Shown: in pieces, positions 60,429 through 64,000 of the stretch
Layout of the letters: the number at the start of each line of letters is the position of its first letter
How positions within the stretch are numbered: position 1 is the first letter of the stretch
Source of the DNA: an uncultured bacterium
GTDB taxonomy: Bacteria > Planctomycetota > Phycisphaerae > Phycisphaerales > UBA1924
Direction: 5' to 3'
Length of the DNA stretch: 64,000 nt
Assembly: GCA_965652425.1 (NCBI GenBank)
Contig: CBFGVX010000004.1
Coordinates: 3,078-67,077 of the forward strand
Notes under the pieces: model-generated
The model's input: the letters and a program-made list of their open reading frames with translations, nothing else
What the model was told of the DNA's origin: nothing
Databases searched by the model: none
Made by a program: the position numbers and the translations under genes

Positions 60429-61499
60429 TCAGCAGGCGACACCGAAATTCGTGAGTACGAGATTCAGATCGTCGAGATCGACCGTACCGCTCTCGTCGAC
60501 ATCCCCTTCCTCGCTGTTTGTGCCGAAATTCGTCAGCACGATGTTGAGATCATCAAGGTTCACGAGGTCATCGCCGTTGGCATCGCCCGGACAGTTCAGG
60601 ACCTCATCGATGAGCGCGGGCCCGGTGATCGTCAGGGTGGTCGGCTGGGCCTCTGAGAATCGATCCCACTGCGAGGTCACGAAGTAGTAGGTCGTGCCTT
60701 CGAAGAGCAGGATGTCGATCTTGGATTGCCCCTGAGGCAGCCCGAACGGCCCGAAACCGTTGCCCAGCGAATAGTCGAGCAGGTTTTCAAGCGGGGCATC
60801 GGGGTCGAACGAGCCCTCGTATATGTAGGTGAAATTGTTCCCGGATTCGACGATCGAGTCGAAGGTGTAGCCACCGGAGACCGGCACCGTGAAGGGAATG
60901 ACATCGAACGAAACCGGTCCGAGCGTCGAAACGCCTTCGATGAAGAACGGTCGGTTCCACTGCTCCTTGGAGTCCGCAATCCGGAATCGTGTCTCGGACT
61001 GATCCTCGACCGTGGTCGTCAGGTAGAAGACCGCACCGTCAAGGCCGATCACCCAAGGCGAAGGATTGCCGGAGTCGATGTTGAAACTGATCGTCCCGCC
61101 AGAGCTCAGGTCCACCTCGCTTGAGAAAAGCGGCCCGGAGAAATCCGCGATCGGGTAGTCCGCTATAGTGACATCGCCGGCGATGGGGTTCCCCCAGCTC
61201 AATGACTGCCCGCCCGGCCCGGTCGCACTGATGGACATATCGATGGACCAAGGGCGTACCCCGTTCTGCGTATCGGCGACGATCGCCGTCCAGAGGGCGG
61301 TCAGACCGATCCCGGTGACCGGCTCGGACACCGGATCGAACAACAGATCCACGGTCAGCCCGCTTGAGTTGATCACAAGATCACCGGCGGACACGCTGGC
61401 GATCACCTTCTCAGCGCCGAGGGCGGCCCCGCTCATGGCACACACAGAGGCCGCGGCGATCCCGATCAACCCGGCCCGGTTGAAATTGGCGAAATTCAT
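60429..61499 (-). CDS. Secreted hypothetical protein with tandem dockerin-like C-terminal module
   Basis: I chose the internal ATG at 61499 (MNFANFNRAGLIGIAAASVCAMSGAALGA signal peptide). C-terminus CPGDANGDDLVNLDDLNIVLTNFGTNSEEGDVDESGTVDLDDLNLVLTNFGVAC. Confidence 0.6.
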   Translation of the reverse strand: MNFANFNRAGLIGIAAASVCAMSGAALGAEKVIASVSAGDLVINSSGLTVDLLFDPVSEPVTGIGLTALWTAIVADTQNGVRPWSIDMSISATGPGGQSLSWGNPIAGDVTIADYPIADFSGPLFSSEVDLSSGGTISFNIDSGNPSPWVIGLDGAVFYLTTTVEDQSETRFRIADSKEQWNRPFFIEGVSTLGPVSFDVIPFTVPVSGGYTFDSIVESGNNFTYIYEGSFDPDAPLENLLDYSLGNGFGPFGLPQGQSKIDILLFEGTTYYFVTSQWDRFSEAQPTTLTITGPALIDEVLNCPGDANGDDLVNLDDLNIVLTNFGTNSEEGDVDESGTVDLDDLNLVLTNFGVAC

Positions 61500-61712
61500 G
61501 TTTCTCCCCTCTCCTGGAACTTGTGTATGAGGACAGGTCAAGCATACTCCCGCACGCACGCGTCTCGCGATATTCAGCACGGATTTCTGGCAAAGAGTCG
61601 CAGGAATTTGGCAATTTTCGGGGCAGATTGCCCCCTGATTGGGAGGCCGACTCCGAGCCCCCGACCGTACAATGCAGTTCAGATTCCTTCTCCGCGAAAG
61701 GTGATTGTCAAG

Positions 61713-63116
61713 ATGGCCTACTACACCAAGCTCGGCACCATTCCCAAGAAGAGACATACCCAGTTCCGCCGCCCCGACGGCGCCCTGTACTCCGAAGAGG
61801 TCTTCGGCACCGAGGGCTTCGTCGGACCGACCTCCACGCTGTACCACATCCACCCGCCAACTCAGGTCTCAGGATGGAAAGCGCTGTATTCGACCGCTCC
61901 CGAGTATGTTGAGAAGAGCGTGATGCGCATGCGCCATCTGGTCTCCAAGGGGCTTGCGGTGGAGGGCGATCCGGTCACCGGACGCAAGGTCGTCCTGGGC
62001 AACGCGGATGTCGAGATCGCCATCTGTATCCCAGCGGAAGCCAAGACGCCATATTTTTACAAGAACGGCCAGGGCGACGAGTGCCTGTTCATCCACTACG
62101 GCTCCGGCGAGTGCCGCACCATGTTCGGCACCCTCAAGTTCGGTCCCAAGGACTACATCGTCATCCCCAAGGGCACGATCTACGAGATCGAGTTCAACCC
62201 GCTCTCGGATGCCGAGCGCCCCGAGGGGGTCACTGCCGACGACATGCCGTACGGCAAGTTCCTTGTCATCGAGACCTGCAACGCGAGCCACATCGCCCCG
62301 CCGCCTCGCTATCTCTCGAAGCAGACCGCGCAGTTCCTGGAGCACGCTCCTTACTGCGAGCGCGACCTGCGCCTGCCCGAGATGCCCATGACCTGGGACG
62401 AGGAAGGCGAGTTCGAGGTCCGCGTGAAGGCCCGCGACTGCATGCACTCGTACACCTACCACTACCACCCGCTCGATGTGGTCGGATGGGACGGCTGCTA
62501 CTACCCGTACTGCTTCAATGTGGACGATTTCAGCCCGATCACCGGCGAGCTGCATATGCCGCCGCCGATCCACCAGACCTTTGAAGCGCACAACTTCGTG
62601 ATCTGCTCGTTCTGCCCGCGCATGCTCGACACGCACCCGCGTGCGATCAAGGTCCCCTACAACCACTCCAACCTCGACTCCGATGAGGTGCTCTACTATG
62701 TCGAGGGCAACTTCGGCTCGCGCAAGGGCATCGATGTCGGCTCGTTCACCTGCCATCCGCAGGGTATCCCCCACGGCCCCCACCCCGGCACGATCGAGGC
62801 CTCGATGGCCCACGATTACACCGCCGAACTCGCCGTGATGGTCGACACCTTCCGCCCGCTGTTCCCGACCAAACTCGCGGTCGACATGGACGACCCCAAG
62901 TACCCGGCGAGTTGGGAGGGCGAACACTTCCCCGGCGCATCGAAGGCCCGCCTGAACGGCAAGGCCGGTAAACCCAAGTTCCCCGCAACCCAGGACGACA
63001 ACGCAGAACTCCTGCGCGTCGATCGCATCGAACTGCGCTCGGGCAAGCCCACCGGGCGTCCGCATGAGCAGCCCGGTCGCATCGAGGATTCCATCGAGAC
63101 CCCCGCCCACCAGTGA
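61713..63116 (+). CDS. hmgA: Homogentisate 1,2-dioxygenase family protein
   Basis: ATG at 61713 (MAYYTKLGTIPKKRHTQFRRPDGALYSEEVFGTEGF). The cupin-like core with FEAHNF..S..PR.LD.H and PYNHSNLDSDEVLYYVEG resembles bacterial HgmA-family enzymes. The C-terminal about 60 aa is an unassigned extension. Confidence 0.75.
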   Translation: MAYYTKLGTIPKKRHTQFRRPDGALYSEEVFGTEGFVGPTSTLYHIHPPTQVSGWKALYSTAPEYVEKSVMRMRHLVSKGLAVEGDPVTGRKVVLGNADVEIAICIPAEAKTPYFYKNGQGDECLFIHYGSGECRTMFGTLKFGPKDYIVIPKGTIYEIEFNPLSDAERPEGVTADDMPYGKFLVIETCNASHIAPPPRYLSKQTAQFLEHAPYCERDLRLPEMPMTWDEEGEFEVRVKARDCMHSYTYHYHPLDVVGWDGCYYPYCFNVDDFSPITGELHMPPPIHQTFEAHNFVICSFCPRMLDTHPRAIKVPYNHSNLDSDEVLYYVEGNFGSRKGIDVGSFTCHPQGIPHGPHPGTIEASMAHDYTAELAVMVDTFRPLFPTKLAVDMDDPKYPASWEGEHFPGASKARLNGKAGKPKFPATQDDNAELLRVDRIELRSGKPTGRPHEQPGRIEDSIETPAHQ

Positions 63117-63162
63117 TACCACCTTCGCCCCTGCGGCCATGACTATTCGAAAGCAGGTACCC

Positions 63163-64000
63163 ATGCCCCGATTTTTCCGTCCTCTGAGCATCTGCATCAC
63201 CGCGACCGCCATCGGGCTGTCCGTGGGGACCCTTGCGCCCGAATCCATCGCGCAGTCGAGATCACCCCGCGATCGAGCCACCGAGCAGGCCAGCCCGCAG
63301 CAGCAGCTCGACGAGGCCATCCGGAAACAGATCGAGAGCATCCTGCACCCCGCAGGCATCGAGGGAGAGCCGCTCTCCGGGACGCAGTTCACCGCCGCTC
63401 TTTCCGCTGTGGAATCGCTGCACGAAATCGCGGCGTGGTACATCGATCGATCCAACGCCGAACTCTTCCGCGACCTCGCACGCACGACCCGTCTGCTTCG
63501 CCTCATGGTCGACGGTCGGCAGACCAACAACGCCGAACTCTGGGCGATGTTCATGGAGCACGAGGCGCTGGCCGACGCCATCGCTTTCGCGATCGAGCCG
63601 GGTCGCGACAGTCTGCCCGATGCCATGCTTGTCCTGAATTCGCTCCGCAATCAGTTCGGGCCAGAACGGCTCGCCGCGTTCTCAAACCTGACCGCCGCGA
63701 TCTGCGCCGTGCACGACCAGCCACCCACCCCTCCGGGCCGGCGCCCGACCACCGCCGCCGGCCCCAACGAGCTCTGGGCGTACTACGCATCGAACGAGAA
63801 TCGCATGCAGTTCGGCGTACGCAACATGCCGGTGGATTTGCTCGCGCATGTGGTCGATGTGACGGCTTCGATCGAGGAACTGCAGTGGGCCGTCCAGCGC
63901 TACGGCCGTGACCAGCAGGTCGGGAACCGATACGCAGAGATCACCTACGACGACAACGCCTTCCAGACCGGTGCACCCAAACGCATCGATGCACTTCCCT
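63163..64000 (+). CDS. Secreted hypothetical protein (3-prime truncated by window edge; not in supplied ORF track)
   Basis: I translated from the ATG at 63163: MPRFFRPLSICITATAIGLSVGTLAPESIAQS (signal peptide). The frame stays open to base 64000. No family was recognised with confidence. Confidence 0.5.
   Translation, partial: MPRFFRPLSICITATAIGLSVGTLAPESIAQSRSPRDRATEQASPQQQLDEAIRKQIESILHPAGIEGEPLSGTQFTAALSAVESLHEIAAWYIDRSNAELFRDLARTTRLLRLMVDGRQTNNAELWAMFMEHEALADAIAFAIEPGRDSLPDAMLVLNSLRNQFGPERLAAFSNLTAAICAVHDQPPTPPGRRPTTAAGPNELWAYYASNENRMQFGVRNMPVDLLAHVVDVTASIEELQWAVQRYGRDQQVGNRYAEITYDDNAFQTGAPKRIDALP

Noticed and set aside
61590-61660. Possible sigma-54 promoter (TGGCAA...CGCA) and the palindrome GGGGCAGATTGCCCC upstream of hmgA
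   Set aside because: The GG-to-GC spacing is off by one from the -24/-12 consensus and the -12 element is poor. The 6-bp palindrome alone is too short to call an operator.
61869-63650. 593-aa minus-strand ORF
   Set aside because: It is antisense to the hmgA-like gene and the following secreted-protein gene. The sequence is low complexity and Arg/Ala/Gly-rich with no recognisable domain.

Overview
High-GC bacterial chromosome segment. The gene content suggests the PVC superphylum, most likely a Planctomycetota or Phycisphaerae-like organism. This is inference only, based on a PEP-CTERM protein, a choice-of-anchor-B/LVIVD-like propeller, a Minf_1886-like protein and dockerin-like C-terminal modules. 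All homology calls come from motif recognition by eye, not from searches. Housekeeping genes: ffh (5-prime truncated), system II cytochrome c maturation (resB/ccsA), gdhA, psuG, clpB, xthA, an hmgA-like dioxygenase, and a complete minus-strand pyrimidine cluster pyrB-pyrC-(325 bp structured gap)-pyrF-pyrE-carA-carB. Transport genes: an orphan mlaE; a MacAB-like ABC exporter module bracketed by a Cys-rich secreted protein and a Cys4 lipoprotein; and an RND efflux pair heading an 11-kb same-strand cluster that continues into NHL propeller, YtkA-like, di-heme peroxidase and LVIVD-like propeller genes. The stand-out feature is a 9.4-kb integrative element (15676-25093) inserted into the 3-prime end of tRNA-Val(TAC). 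It is bounded by 17-bp direct repeats and carries a tyrosine integrase, two excisionase-type HTH proteins and an AEP primase-polymerase/helicase fusion. It also has a lone HK97-type prohead protease homolog but no capsid, portal, terminase, tail or conjugation genes, which resembles a phage satellite. The integrase reading frame continues exactly across the att core into the opposite end of the element, so excision would change the integrase C-terminus. Three secreted proteins share a tandem dockerin-like C-terminal module. No rRNA, CRISPR array or transposase was seen. Many long ORFs in the track are antisense artefacts of high GC content.
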